NCBI GenBank assembly: GCA_001642005.1
Contig: LWCA01000292.1
Location: 1 to 33,364, forward strand
DNA length: 33,364 nt
Reading direction: 5' to 3'
Source of the DNA: Intoshia linei
Lineage: Eukaryota > Animalia > Orthonectida
Under the pieces are notes generated by a model that saw only the letters and a program-made list of their open reading frames with translations, was not told where the DNA came from and did no database searches. The first letter of the stretch is position 1. Each line of letters opens with the position of its first letter. Shown piece after piece: positions 1 to 12,857 of the stretch. A program made the translations under genes and the position numbers.

Positions 1-1790
1 TCTCATTGTTGGAAAATTATAGCAAGCAAAATCTTTCATAACATACCCAATTAATTATATATTGTATTTCGATCTTGTTGGTAACATTAAATGGTAGATT
101 AATTTTGTAAAGTAAATAAATTTTTAGATGACGATAATAAAAATATCACTTTATCTGTAATTTACTATTTCATTTAATAAACACTATTTAACATTAACGC
201 TGACTCCTAAAATTTGGTATATAGATACGTATGAATGATAAAAATATAATTATTGATTGTTATATTACGATAACATTTTATTATAATCATAACGTTCATC
301 AAAATCAAAAAAACTCAACTTTTAGTATATTTCCCGCCCTTGAGCACCACTATAACATTATGGTAGACTTGTAAAATTTCGTACAGATGTATAGATTAAT
401 GAAACGAACAAAATTTTCACTTGTCCCTCCAGAAAATCTGAAAATAATTATTTACTATGAAAAATATGTCAACCCCTACTATACATGTTTAGTTTTTAAA
501 ATTCAATTATTTAATCAGAAAAAAACAATTTAGATTTGGTTACTCGCAGCATAAAAGTAAACAATGTAAAAGATTGAATACAATCGTGTCGCAGTGGTGC
601 AATACCTCGTTTTCCTTACAAAGAAAAAAATTGTAATATTCTATTCTTCAGTGCGTTGATGCGAATGTAATTGAGTAAATTAATTGCTGAAATTAACCTA
701 ATATTATGGTCTGTTTCCTTATTTTTCAAAGGGGTTTGTAACTATAAAAATGCAAATGTTTTAGTTTACATCACCTATTTATTACAATAATCTTGATATA
801 AATCAGAGTTTATTAGCCTATTAACATTTTGTTTCGTACTGTCATTTTAATAATAAAATATTTTCTGGATTCCACAATTTTGTATCTAATTATAAGTATT
901 ATCATGTATCCTCAAAACCTTTTATTAAATCTAAATTAATGCAAAAGATGCATGATAATAATATAATCTTATATGTTGTACTAGAAATTTTAAATCTCAA
1001 AAATCAGATTCGCATTTTAAAATTATCAATTAACTATTTAAAAATATAAGTTATGGTATTCGAAACCTTTCACGGTCTCTAGCAGGGATTGGAATTAATT
1101 CAATTTTTTGAAATATAAAAAAATTTCATTTAATTGAAGATTGATAACAATATCATAATTATTTTTAAAAAACTGTCATATGGTTATAATGAGTATACTA
1201 GGATGCTGTTTGTCCAAAGTACATAGCAGTCAAGCTTATAGGTTAAATAAATCATTTTTCTGATGACAAACGCGTTTCTATTTTTCTAAAATTACATAGG
1301 ATAATGAAAAGTTGTTAATATTTCATTATACAATATTAAAACTATTTTAGTTGCAAAATAGTATTAATTTTATTTAGAAAATATTTTTTATATTATTTAT
1401 TTAATTTTATTTCTTCCTTCAAACTTGGAAATAAAATTGTTTCTGGAAATAAATAAAGCATGGTGGGACTGGGATACGTTACAACGAGTGTTGACATGTC
1501 AACTTGACACCTTAATATTGTATTATTATAAATTATAGTGTATAATTATTAAATTTAATTTTTTCATTTAACCATTCGTCAATAAAAAGATTCAATTTAT
1601 ATTTTTTCATAAAAGATAATTTTCAATTCATTGCAAAAAAATTAATTAATTAAAAAATTAATATTTAACAAACAATTAATGAGTTTATACAAAATAACTG
1701 ATTGCAATCAATTATTTCAAATCTTTGGTCTCTAGTATGGTAGCTACTGATTTAAACTATAGATAAGAAATAATAAAATTTTAATAAATA

Positions 1791-2157
1791 TTAGGTGATT
1801 CACAAAATTATGTCGTTTTTATTGATATAATTGATTAGAAACACTTTATCACCGATAAGATTTCATATATTTCAAAATATTAAATATTTTTCAACAATTA
1901 TGTGTACGACCACATCAGATGAGAACGTAATTTATTTAAATCTACATTTATTCAATCGCCATTGGACGAATTATAGTAATGATTTTGAGAGACAATTACG
2001 TCATATTTTACGGTATGAGTACTTTAAGGACCTTAGTGCAGTGGTAGCTACCAAAAATATGTGTGCTGTATATGGTAAGGATGTTTTAAATGACAGAAAA
2101 TGTCAAATATGGTTTAAAAGATTTCAAGATGAAAAAATTACTTTGTGAATGACCTAA
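1791..2157 (+). mobile_element. Internally deleted mariner element (367 bp) retaining TIRs and the N-terminal HTH of the transposase
   Basis: Left TIR TTAGGTGATTCACAAA (1791-) and right TIR TTTGTGAATGACCTAA (-2157) are reverse complements with 1 mismatch; both are flanked by TA (1789-90, 2158-59). The peptide RQLRHILRYEYFKDLSAVVATKNMCAVYGKDVLNDRKCQIWFKRF resembles the Mos1/mariner N-terminal HTH. No catalytic domain. Confidence 0.85.
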
Positions 2158-4499
2158 TAATAATAAAAAATTTATTATGCTTTTATAGTAATTATTAAAA
2201 AAAAGTTATTATTTTTTAGTATTTTATGAGCCGTTGAATAATTATTGATACAATCCAAAAATATTCATTGATTGAAGATAAAATTTGTATAGATCACTTA
2301 AATTAAGAAAGATCATTAGTACTGCTTATATTTTCCGGTTAAATTTAAATCCACTGTATTATACAGAAAGTTGTGGTTCAAAACAGAAATCTATTATACA
2401 ATGTGTATATAAAGACTTTATAGTTTTTATTTTCAAAGAAATTATAGTTGGCTATTTCTTAACGACTATTTGACCATCTATAAATGAAAACTAAAGATTA
2501 CAATACACATGATTGTTTCTAATATTTTTTTTATTTAAAGTTTAGTCAATTACATCAGAGCTAGGAAACTTTGAATATTCGAAATTACGAGTATTAATAT
2601 TTTTCTTATAAACCCGTTCAAAGTTGTTTATGTTTATTTTTTATTTAAAATGCTACAGTTGGGTCATAAGCATGAAATTTGAAAGTGAAAGTCTCAATAA
2701 CAAGATTATTATATAGAAGACATTGTCAAGTGTGTTTCGGACATAAAAAAATAATTATACAGATCCTTACTTTGACCATCCTATATATATGATACCATTG
2801 ATATGTAGAAACATCTTGATCCAACCACGACATTGCATTATAATTGTATATTTCCAGAAATAAATAAGTGTAATATTTCGCTATGTATCAATTGAAATAT
2901 CCTAATTCTTTTTAAATTTTAATGATTATTATCGAAAATATTATTGATTTTTATTAAAATTAAGGAAACAAATGTACAAAAGTTAGTATATTGTATCTTT
3001 ATATGTAGTAAAGGTGGAATTATAAATTCTATCAAGTATTCTAGTACTAAAACTCTACGATGGTCCAATGGTAAATTTTTATCATCAGAAATTTAATAAA
3101 TTAGCAAGAATAACAAACGGAGCAATTAACAAAATAAAGGCACAGAGTATTTTATAAATTTCATATGAAAATATCAATTTATATAGGTAGAACTGTCTCA
3201 TTTTCAATTATTGAAAGAAAACATAATATAATGTAATGTATTATACAAGGGGTGGGCCGCATAATAGACAGTGAATACATTAAACATGATTAATTTTTTA
3301 TAGTAATTTGTACAATGACATTAATTATTAGGGTTGGTATAAGTAAATTCATCCATAATGTGTTTTTGAAAAAAGTATAACAATAACTATAATTTATAAT
3401 TAACACTGACCGACAAAAATTTATAAAAATAGCGATAACTCGAAAATTTCACCCGAATAGTAATTCAATTTTTATTTTGGGCGATAATAATATTTGTTGT
3501 CAAATGCAGATGGAACCAAAAAATAAAACCAGTTTGATCAACTATTATCAAAATAGTCATGATTAAATGTATATACTATATACATTGTAATAATACTGCT
3601 TTCGACTGAAGCTAACCTAATAGATAAAATATGGGAAACATTGATTTAATCTAAATCAGTTTCTAAATTTTAGAATCTTACTTTAACTCTTTGAAATTAA
3701 TCAAAATATTAAAAACTAATATAGAAATCCAATCAAAACCAACCTGTTTCTGACAGATGACTACTTTTCAAGGAATATTAATATTAATCATAGAAAAAAT
3801 AGTACAATTACTTTCATTAAAAAACAAACAAATGGTGGACAATTTCGATCAAATTAATAAATATTACAATTTCTGAATAATCTTAAAACCTAAAAATTTT
3901 GCCGCGAGGATTGCTTGTATCACTTTTAATATAATTTTCTTTTTATCACTAATTGACAGTAAAATTATCAATTTAAATTATCGTTGTCACCATTTCAAGT
4001 TCGTATAATGGATTAATTTGATGGAATATTCTTCAATATTACAAAAAAAATCTTGATTAAAATTTGAGTCGCCAACTGAAACTGATTGGAATGCATTCAT
4101 GTAATGTATAATTAAAATAACAATTTTGTAAAATAAGATTATTAGTATAGATAAACTAGCTTGTCTGATGTAAATTACCAAAACGTTGGTTTAAATTTCA
4201 ATTTAATCTGATGCAATTTTCGACTTACTGATTGTTGTAATAATACAAAATATTCAAAACATGTTTTTACCGTTTTTTCTTACAAAAAATTAAACCTTAA
4301 ATGGGCTTTCAAATTTACATATGTAGATTTATAACACTGAACAACACTTAAAAATGATCTGACTAAAAAATATTACATGTTATTATATATTTTTTAGTTA
4401 AAAAAACGTCGAAATTTTTTTCGAAAATATTTTCAAATCGTTTGTTTGTTTTTGGGGTCACTTCGTTCATCGTTCATCTATCGCATCAGTCACTTCGTT

Positions 4500-4848
4500 A
4501 CATTGAAACAGTTATCTTCAAACCATGATTTTACCTTACGAGAAGTGTGAATTGGAGCATTATATTGTTTGAAAATATACTTGGTATCATAATGAGAATA
4601 AGAAAATAGAAGTAAAGTCTCAGATAAGGTAAATATATAATCTTCAGAGTTCTGATTTCCATTCAGAATTGCTAATTTAAATTTTTATTTATGAGAAAAT
4701 GCCCTACAAACCATTACAGATCCGCCTCAACTTTGTTGTGTACAGTTAACTTCTTTCTTTTTATCAAATCATGCCAATAAAACTAAAATCTATTAGGACC
4801 GTCCAAATTTAACTTTTTTTCGTCCGAGAATATGACAGAATTCCAATT
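4500..4848 (-). mobile_element. Tc3-like (Tc1/mariner) transposase remnant
   Basis: Minus-strand fragments [37 protein letters not shown] and YIFKQYNAPIHTSRKVKSWF match the Tc3/Tc1 motifs FSDEKKFNLDGPD, GGSVMVWGAFS and FQQDNAPxH. An in-frame stop is present. Confidence 0.8.
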
Positions 4849-4960
4849 TTCACTCAAATCAACATACTTCCTGACAAAAAAAAGTGCTACTTTATTTATA
4901 AGTTTTTGAAAAATGAAATAGTAGATAAAGACATATTTATTTTAATTTTATAAAAATTCT

Positions 4961-5026
4961 CACAGCGCCCCCTTTAAATATTTCATCGTCCCAAGTGGGC
5001 GATAGCGCCCACTTTGGGAAACACTG
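4961..5026. mobile_element. hAT-like terminal fragment
   Basis: Ends in TTTGGGAAACACTG (reverse complement CAGTGTTTCCCAAA, a Charlie-like TIR). Has a subterminal hairpin GTGGGCG-ATAG-CGCCCAC. Partner end not found. Confidence 0.55.
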
Positions 5027-5619
5027 ATCTAAATCAACTAGAATAAACTGTATCAAAATAATCTTTTTTTTAAAGTTTAGGACTACATACTTTTTAAATA
5101 TTGTACATAATTACTTAATTATTATATGTAATTAATAAAATACTAATTAAACTAAAATATATACGTAAAGAAAAAATTCTGAATTTAAATAATAAGAATT
5201 TTTAAAAATAAAGTAAAAACAGTATAATCCTAAAAATTGTCATAAATAGCATCAACTCCAGAAAAAAATTATATAAACCTATTTTGTCATTTTCAATGTG
5301 ATAATATATATTTCAATTCAGTACCAATTTAATAAATACTTAAAAATACCAATTATGTATCAATAATTAATAGAATCTTCACTTTATAAATATATTTTAA
5401 ACGAATTTACCAAATATTACAAAAAATTGTAATAAATATAATAATGATATTAATAAAGTTGCACTACTTTTAGTTTCGCTGTTGTAGTTTTTATTTAAAT
5501 TTTATTCAAAATGTTTTGAAAATGAGAATTTGAGATTTAAAAATTGCGTAGCAATGAAAAAAATTCCGAAGGAATTAATTATATAGATTTTCACTTATAT
5601 TTCTTTATTGGAAATGTAT

Positions 5620-5782
5620 ATTTTTCACCGGAAATGCGTAGATTTCTAGGATTGAAATTAATTATTTATATCAACTGGAATAAGCTCTATCAAATTAACT
5701 TTTTTTTAATTTTCGGACCTAATTAACCTAATCGGAACGAATTAATTAACCGTTAATTATTTCACATTTTATTAATAAAATA
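5620..5782 (+). repeat. Dispersed repeat shared with about 11753-11875
   Basis: TTTTTCACCGGAAATGCGTAGATTTCT...TATATCAACTGGAATAAGCTC...TAATTTTCGGACC...CCGTTAATTATTTCACATTTT recurs nearly identically at about 11753-11875. Confidence 0.8.
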
Positions 5783-5784
5783 TA

Positions 5785-6780
5785 CAGTACCGGAAAAAGT
5801 CTTGAGCCTTCCTACGCAATAATATATTTTGATCAATAGCACAGAAACTAGTAATTCGATTTCTAAATTTTAAAAAACATAATATAGGTGAATATATTTG
5901 ATATTATGCTGAATCGTGTAATAGAATAACAATTATTAATTGAATTAATTTTAATTTAAAAAATTATTGGAAATATTTTTTGGACACAAAAGTTTTGAGC
6001 CACCTTTAAATGTTATAATTATTTGGGTAATTTTTTAATTTACGTCGATTATAATTAATTACTAGACACTTTTTGAATAAAATATATATTTAATATTTCG
6101 TAGGATATCCTTTTGACATTAAAATCGCCTTAATTCATCTTTCTATACTATTATAAAGTTTTGATACGTAACAATTAGGTATTTTATTCCAATTCTCCAG
6201 CGTTACCGTCCATAATTCTTCGACATTTTTTGGTTGACGAAGTTTGACATTCTCCTTCAATGTTTACCACATATTTCAATGATATTAATATCAGGACTCT
6301 GTGGTGGCCAGTTTTCAAGTAATTTAATTCGCCTAGAAGATAAGTAATCCATACTTTTTATAGATTTATGGTAAGGCGCGTTATCCTGTTGAAAAAAAAA
6401 TCTAGACGTCATGTTAGATAAAATCCGAATTTACTCATTTGAATCAACATTCCCATTACATCTCACAAGAATGCGCCTACCATCGTATCGAATGGCACCC
6501 CATACCATTATTGACGGTGAATATTTTGTAGTATTAATTGTGTATTTTGGATCGAATCTTTTTCCTTTTAGCCTTCTAACATCTATTTTACTTTCATCCG
6601 TAAATAACACCTTATTCCAATCTAAATTGCTCCATTTTAGGTAAGATTGACATCATAACAATCTTTTTATTATGATAGGTTTACATGGCAATGGCTTTTT
6701 GGCTGATATTCTTCTCCATAGATCATTATTTCTGATATATCGCCTTACTGTTTCAGTGGACATGCTAACTGAAGATACCA
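5785..6780 (-). mobile_element. 5'-truncated Tc1-family element with pseudogenised DDE transposase (about 6090-6780)
   Basis: TA-CAGTACCGGAAAAAGTCTTGAGCC terminus at 5785, with an inner repeat AAAAGTTTTGAGCC near 5988-6001. Minus strand reads STETVRRYI, WNKVLFTDESK, SIMVWGAI, FQQDNAPYH, WPPQSPDINIIE and GYPTKY*. Internal stops and a frameshift are present. Confidence 0.9.
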
Positions 6781-6999
6781 GTTAGTCTCTTTAAATTTAA
6801 CAATATTGTCAAAATAACAAAAATGACACCAAAATTATTACATAATCTATACATAATATGCATAGATTTATGCATTGCATATAGTTCTAGTATATTTGAA
6901 TACCTTCATTTTGAATTAGACAATTAATTTTATTTTACAAATAATTTATCATTATTTTGAAGTTCAGATTATTGACCTAACAAAATCAATTTCTTCGTT

Positions 7000-8145
7000 T
7001 CAATCATCATAATTGTAGCACGAACTTTGAACGTTTTCATCGTAATGAGTACTTTCTTCTTTTACCCATTCAGATAATTCCGTCATTGTCAAACATTTTT
7101 TAATTTCGTTAGGTTTTTCAGTGATTTGAGGAGTTGAAAGTGATAGGTTATTTAAATTTTCCTTTTCAAAATTAATGAATAGCTCAGTCGTGACTAGATT
7201 CAATTTTTTTGGGTCGGTTAGTTTGGAGGTATCTGATCTATGCTCATAATAGGATTTAAGGCGTTCAGAATCTACAATATAAATGTATTTCATTGAAAAT
7301 TACTATACCATTTATATCCATTTTTTCAAAATCTATTAAAACTCCTTTACGTACATCTTCATTTGTGGGATAGGGTCGTCGAGAGTCACCTAAAACATCA
7401 TTACACATAAAAACATAATTTATTTTAGGTTATTTACCGAACTTCCAATCAGATGGCATAAATGAACTGGAGAAATTAGAAAGAAATTCCGAATAAGCCA
7501 TAATATCATTCACTTCTATATCTGTATTGCAATGCTTATTTATAGGTATCAACAGATCTTCCAGCTGACCAAGAGTTTCGCTCTATTTTATCATAAAAAT
7601 AGTAAATATAAATTATACCAAAATGGTCTCTGCTGTTTTCATTTCATTCAAATACACTTTAATAACTGAATCGTACTTTTCTATAATACTGTTAACATTT
7701 TCAAGTTTTTGGGTTAATTCTTCTTGTTTTTGTACTACATATAAGTCATTTGTGTAAACATCGAATTTAATAATTAATATGCAATACAGAGGGACCCTGT
7801 GATAGTGTTCACCAAAAATTAGGCATAATATTATGAATAGTTTTATAAAAAAATTTCAAAATGCCAAGACTGGCGAATTGTACAATGTACATTACTTAGA
7901 TTTATTACATACCAATCATATAGAAAATTATGTAAAATTACAGTTCCTAATATTTTGTTCTAAATTTTTATTGGAATATGCCAAAAAATTGGTTAGATGT
8001 TCAATTTTGTATCCTCCGGATTCTTTAGTTTTTGAGACCACCTGCAACAAATTTCTAACTTTATAGGCATGTTTTTTAAATTTTACCCCAATATAAGCGA
8101 AAAATTATTAATGTCGGACAATAATCTACTTCTAACAGTAGACAT
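7000..8145 (-). CDS. MED4: Mediator of RNA polymerase II transcription subunit 4 (about 261 aa, 6 exons)
   Basis: Exons 8145-8087, 8054-7942, 7734-7619, 7582-7438, 7389-7309, 7271-7000 (786 nt, phases consistent, GT-AG). Protein MSTVRSRLLSDI...coiled coil...DIMAYSEFLS...PSDWKFGDSRRPYPTNEDVRKGVL matches the MED4 signature PxxWxxGDxRRPYPT. Confidence 0.88.
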
Positions 8146-8251
8146 GAATACTTTGAAAAAATTTTCAGTTTATAAAGTTTTGTTTATATTGTCAATCATT
8201 GAATTACATTAATAGACAATTTCTAACTTTTTGTCATTGCCAACAATTTTG

Positions 8252-8449
8252 GGTAACAAGTTATAAAGTTTTTCACAGTAATACTTAAAACCAGAAACAA
8301 AATTATTTTTAACCACTAATCAAGTTGCGCAGGGTGTTTTTCACTTATTTACTCTAATAAAAATACCCTACGACACTTCATTAAAGGTTACAATTAATTT
8401 TTTTTCCCGGTATTAAGTATTCTTGTCAAAAACTTTATAACTTATAACC
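8252..8449. repeat. About 200-bp foldback (palindromic MITE-like) element
   Basis: ACAAGTTATAAAGTTTTTCACAGTAATACTTAAAACCAG...TAATCAAGTTGCGCAGGGT pairs imperfectly with ACCCTACGACACTTCATTA...CCGGTATTAAGTATTCTTGTCAAAAACTTTATAACTTAT, leaving a short loop near 8343-8356. Confidence 0.75.
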
Positions 8450-9117
8450 TGTTGTTGCAGTTTCTTAATTTTTAAAAATGAGAAAAACCCAATATTAATC
8501 GCAAATATTTATATTTTGGTTTTTTTTGGATGTTTTAAAAGACGTTTAAAAATCATGATAATTAAGCTACAGCGTAATTTAAAAATTTAAAATGTATAGT
8601 GGGAGCAGACTAATTAACGGACGGTTAACCTTAGTTACAAATAAATTCCAGTGGTTTAGTGAATAAATTTCAGTTTTAATTTTTATCAAACATTTTTGTA
8701 TGAAGTTATAAAAATGACCTGGGACATTTCAAAACAAATTTTTATGGGAAATGTTTTTCGGCATAGTGATTTCTATACCAAATTAAACCTAATTTGGCCT
8801 AAAGTTTTACATAGTTTGATTGAGTGAAACGCCCTAATGTAGATCCTACATTGTATGTACATTGTATATGGATAATTAATTATCTGCTTTTAAGTTTTTT
8901 ATAATTTATTTATCATCGTGATTGCTTTCAAATGCAGATTTTAATGATACAATTTTTATACGGGTGCAAAATTTCGTTTCTATTAATGTTATTGATGCTT
9001 GTTTGACCCTGTCACATGAGTGTCTCAAATTGAGACTCAAACTCAAACTTTGAATTATAAATGAAACTTATCATTAAATTAAACTTTAAAGTTACATTAT
9101 ATATTTGAATATTGGTT

Positions 9118-9159
9118 TTATTGGTGATTCTGAATGAACATCTAAAATATCCGACTGTA
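9118..9159 (+). repeat. Dispersed repeat, probable Tc1/mariner MITE end (second copy about 24020-24060)
   Basis: TTATTGGTGATTCTGAATGAACATCTAAAATATCCGACTGTA vs TTATTGGTGATTCTGAATGAGTACTAAAATATTAGACCGTA. Ends in ACTG-TA. Confidence 0.55.
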
Positions 9160-9728
9160 AATAGAATTTACTAAATACACAAGTTTTGTAATTTATATAG
9201 GCAAAAATATCTTTTTTTAAGGGAATTTATTGACAATAGGTTGTGTGAATGTAATTTGTATAGTATAATGAATTATGTACTAATTTTTTTGATATTTTTT
9301 CATTTTATATACAATGGCACTAAAAAATAGTTTTACACCTACAAATGAACACACATTTTAAAGTAAGTGATAGATATGTACGAGTAAGACACACTATATG
9401 TAAAATTTAACATTTATACATCAAATTAATGATTAATTTAAAATTGTTAAAATGAAAAATTATTTCATATTTTTATTATGCTTTATATTATAAATTATAT
9501 ATAATTATAAAGTTTATAAATAATTTATATCGTAATGTTTTTAACCCTTTTGCATTTTAATTTGATTAAATATATTATTTGTCGTTGCAAAAAAAATGAA
9601 TAGAATCAGACATTTTTTGTACTTTGTATTTTTCTTTGAACGTTGATCGCACTATGTAATAAGTAAATTTATTCTTACAAAGTTTTACAAATTAGATACA
9701 TTATGATTATACATAACTGAGTTTTAGA

Positions 9729-10818
9729 TTATTTATTTGTTTCAAAAATTTCACTTAAAATATCAGGAATAACATTGCTTATAATCTTTGAATATTTTTC
9801 AGTTGTTTCAAGAACTCCCTTATGATTGACATGGTCATTTGAATCGTATTTGTCCACTACATGTGCGGCTATTAATGATAAACCAAAATTCTAAAATTAG
9901 TATATTTTATTATACAAAATATACCAAATGTTCCTTAGTTCTGGTATTTTTAGTATAATTCTACTTTTTATTACTAGAATATACATAATATACTTATTAA
10001 ATACATGGTATATTATAATTTATAATATACAACGTAAAAAAATTTAATAGCATTACTTTAATAGCACAATTGTGAGCAACTATGTGTTCTGGACATGTAA
10101 TCATACCTACATTTCAATCTCTGATAATAAATCAATGTTTATTTACCTTCCATATCACCTCCAATCATTTTCAAAAATTTAGCTTCTGCCACAGTTGGAT
10201 ATGTGGGCCCATTAATCATTGTCAAAACGCCTCTATGGTATCTAATGTTATATTTTTTAAGTTATGTTATCGCTATATTCTGTAATTTTATATAAAAAGC
10301 ATCACTCATAGATTGAAATTGAGGTCCAAATCTAATGATATGCAAAATTATTTAAAGAATACTATTGGTTGGTATTTATTTCGTGATACAATACGAAAAA
10401 ACAATTATATCAGGTGATTCCAATACTTTAGTTGTTGCCAGTAAACAATGAATAATAAAAAATTAACAAAAGTGAATATTTTCCAATATTGGCGAATCCA
10501 GTAGGCAGTCATATAGAGTTTATTCTATAGACCTAATTCTACCTTGAATTGAAAATCCCACATATTGGATTTCCGCCATATGACCTTCAACTAAACGAAT
10601 AATACCTTTTTAACGCGGACTTAAAATAAATTACCTGTTGTTTTAGGAAAATTTGGAATGTTGTCATAATCTAATTCAAAAATGAAATGTAAGTTATCAG
10701 TAATATGTCTCAAACCATTACCACATATAATTAAAACACTTGGTTTAGGTATTTTATATTTATTCATCAACCCCCTCAGATAATGCTCCGTTTCATCGTA
10801 CAGATTTGAACTGTTCAT
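9729..10818 (-). pseudogene. PNP: Degenerate purine nucleoside phosphorylase paralogue
   Basis: Exons 10818-10635, partial exon from 10590, 10331-10147, 10106-10057, 9890-9729 share intron positions with the intact PNP. No recognisable exon-3 equivalent. In-frame TAA at 10262-10264 where the intact copy has GAA, and another TAA in the exon-2 remnant. Confidence 0.8.
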
Positions 10819-11134
10819 CTCTTAATTTTAATTTAATGACGCACCCTACTTAGCTAATTTGACAAAGTAATACTATCTACCTTGTTGTAGCATTAATTAC
10901 GTATCATCAAGTACATGTAGTAATATCCAATTTTTTTAAACGTCCTTGAACTGAATGTATATGAAATCAATGTACTCAAATGTTTACAATGACATAGTTT
11001 CTAAAAATGTAATGCATTATAATGAAAATGAATACGTTAACTAAAAAATATAAAAAATTATTAGTTAATTAGAAATTTTGTATCTATGTCAAATGGAATA
11101 AGCTGTATCAGAATTACCTTTTTTTGTAATTGTA

Positions 11135-12591
11135 GGACCGTTAATTATTTCAAATTGTTTGTTTTAATAAAATAGTTTCGAAATAAAAAAAATGATTATT
11201 TAAGTACTTTTTTGACCGTGAAGGTGTCATTTATTTTGATTGAAATTTTTTGAGTGTTCTCTAGAATTATTTTCATTTGTAAAAAATCTGTGGGTAATCT
11301 GTGGTTTTGATCATGAACATCATCTTTTTTGAAGTTTCCATTTATGATAATGTTTATGCTTTTAAAAACTATCCTAGAATTTATTCTTACTTATATAATA
11401 CAATACAATACTATATACTACAATATATAATATATATATATAAACTATGCAATATTTATTTGTATGTGTGTTACCGTTTATTTCAATAACTACCAGTCTT
11501 AAAATTTTATAAAGTACACATTTCAATAACAGTTTTTTCCAATAGTGTTAGCAAAATAAATGTCAACCTCCCAACTCACATCTTACGGGTCAAAAAGCCC
11601 AATTGTCCTTTTTTTGAAAATCATTCGAATTCGAGAATTTAAAAAAATTTACAGGTGGTATAGTCGTATCCTGTTAAGACATACAAACATTTTCAATGAT
11701 TATTTTAATCGAAATATTTGAAAAATATTGGTGGATAATATATTAAAAATTATTTTTTCACCCGGGAATGCGTAGATTTCTCGGGTTGAAATTTTGTATT
11801 TATATCAACTGGAATAAGCTCCATCAGATATATTTTTTTTTTTAATTTTCGGACCGTTAATTATTTCACATTTTTTGTTTTAATATTATATTTCGGAAAA
11901 AAATATATGAATACTAAAATGCTTTATTGACCGTGAAAATGTCACGTATTCAGATTGAAATTTTTTTGTGTGTCAACAGGATACAACTGTACCACCGTAA
12001 ATTTTTTTAAATTTTAGGGTTGTTTTCATTAAAAGAAAGAGTAATTGGAGGTTTTGGCCCTGAAAATATATTTTGTTTAGGTTTCCATATATGATAATGT
12101 TTATGATTTTAAAAACTATCCCTGAATTTATATTTAAAAACATTTTAGGACATGTTTTATTTTTAAAACAAAGGGTAATTTGTGGATTTGATCTTGAACG
12201 TTTGCGTTTCTGAAGTTGAGATTAATTAAAATGTTAATACATTTAAAATGCGTTCCATAAAGTATGTTTTATTAATTTTGTGGATTGATTTTGGGCTGAT
12301 TTTTTTTTTAAACAAAAGGGGAAATTGGGTTTTTGACCCTGAAGGACTCAAATTCTGAAACTTAAAAATTAATAAAAACACGTCCTGGGAAAAACGGTAT
12401 TAGAAATTGGGTTTTTTTATATCCTGCGACTGTCAATTTTTTCAATAAATGATTACACATACAGAGACAATTATTTTTATATAAATTAAGGATTATACAC
12501 ACTTGGTTTGAGGCAAAACGGAAAATTTTTTTTAGAATATTTAGTGAATATTTTCTAAAAGGGGTGAGAGGGAAAAAAGTTTCGGTCACTG
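11135..12591. mobile_element. Composite non-autonomous repeat region between the two PNP copies
   Basis: Direct repeats about 11135-11255/11851-11970 and 11333-11382/12081-12129. Inverted repeat about 11585-11685/11965-12062 (AAATTTACAGGTGGTATAGTCGTATCCTGTT vs AACAGGATACAACTGTACCACCGTAAATTT). Recurring GGTTTTGRYCMTGAA-like modules. hAT-like end ...TCGGTCACTG at 12591. Confidence 0.65.
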
Positions 12592-12857
12592 ATCTAAATA
12601 AATATTAATACTAGATATAAAATTTTAAATCAATCTAGAAAATAATATACAAAGTCGGAGCATAATAAATTTCAAGCTATAAAATAAATTATATAAATAA
12701 AAATGCAAGTTTATATATTGGCATAGTTTAATCAAATACGATAATGGTAGTATTATTATTTATCTTGTTGAATTGGCCAAATTCCAATGATTTAAATAGA
12801 GATAATAGTCCACATTTTTAATTTCACACTGAATAGATTGAATTTTGTTTCTTAAAA

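Noticed and set aside
6411-6644. 77-aa plus-strand ORF
   Set aside because: Antisense shadow of the Tc1 transposase.
10262-10264. Alternative genetic code (TAA read as Glu) suggested by the TAA/GAA alignment in the PNP paralogue
   Set aside because: PNP, eIF4A, RPRD1 and UBA52 end at TAA at homologous C-termini, and no intact gene model needs an internal TAA.
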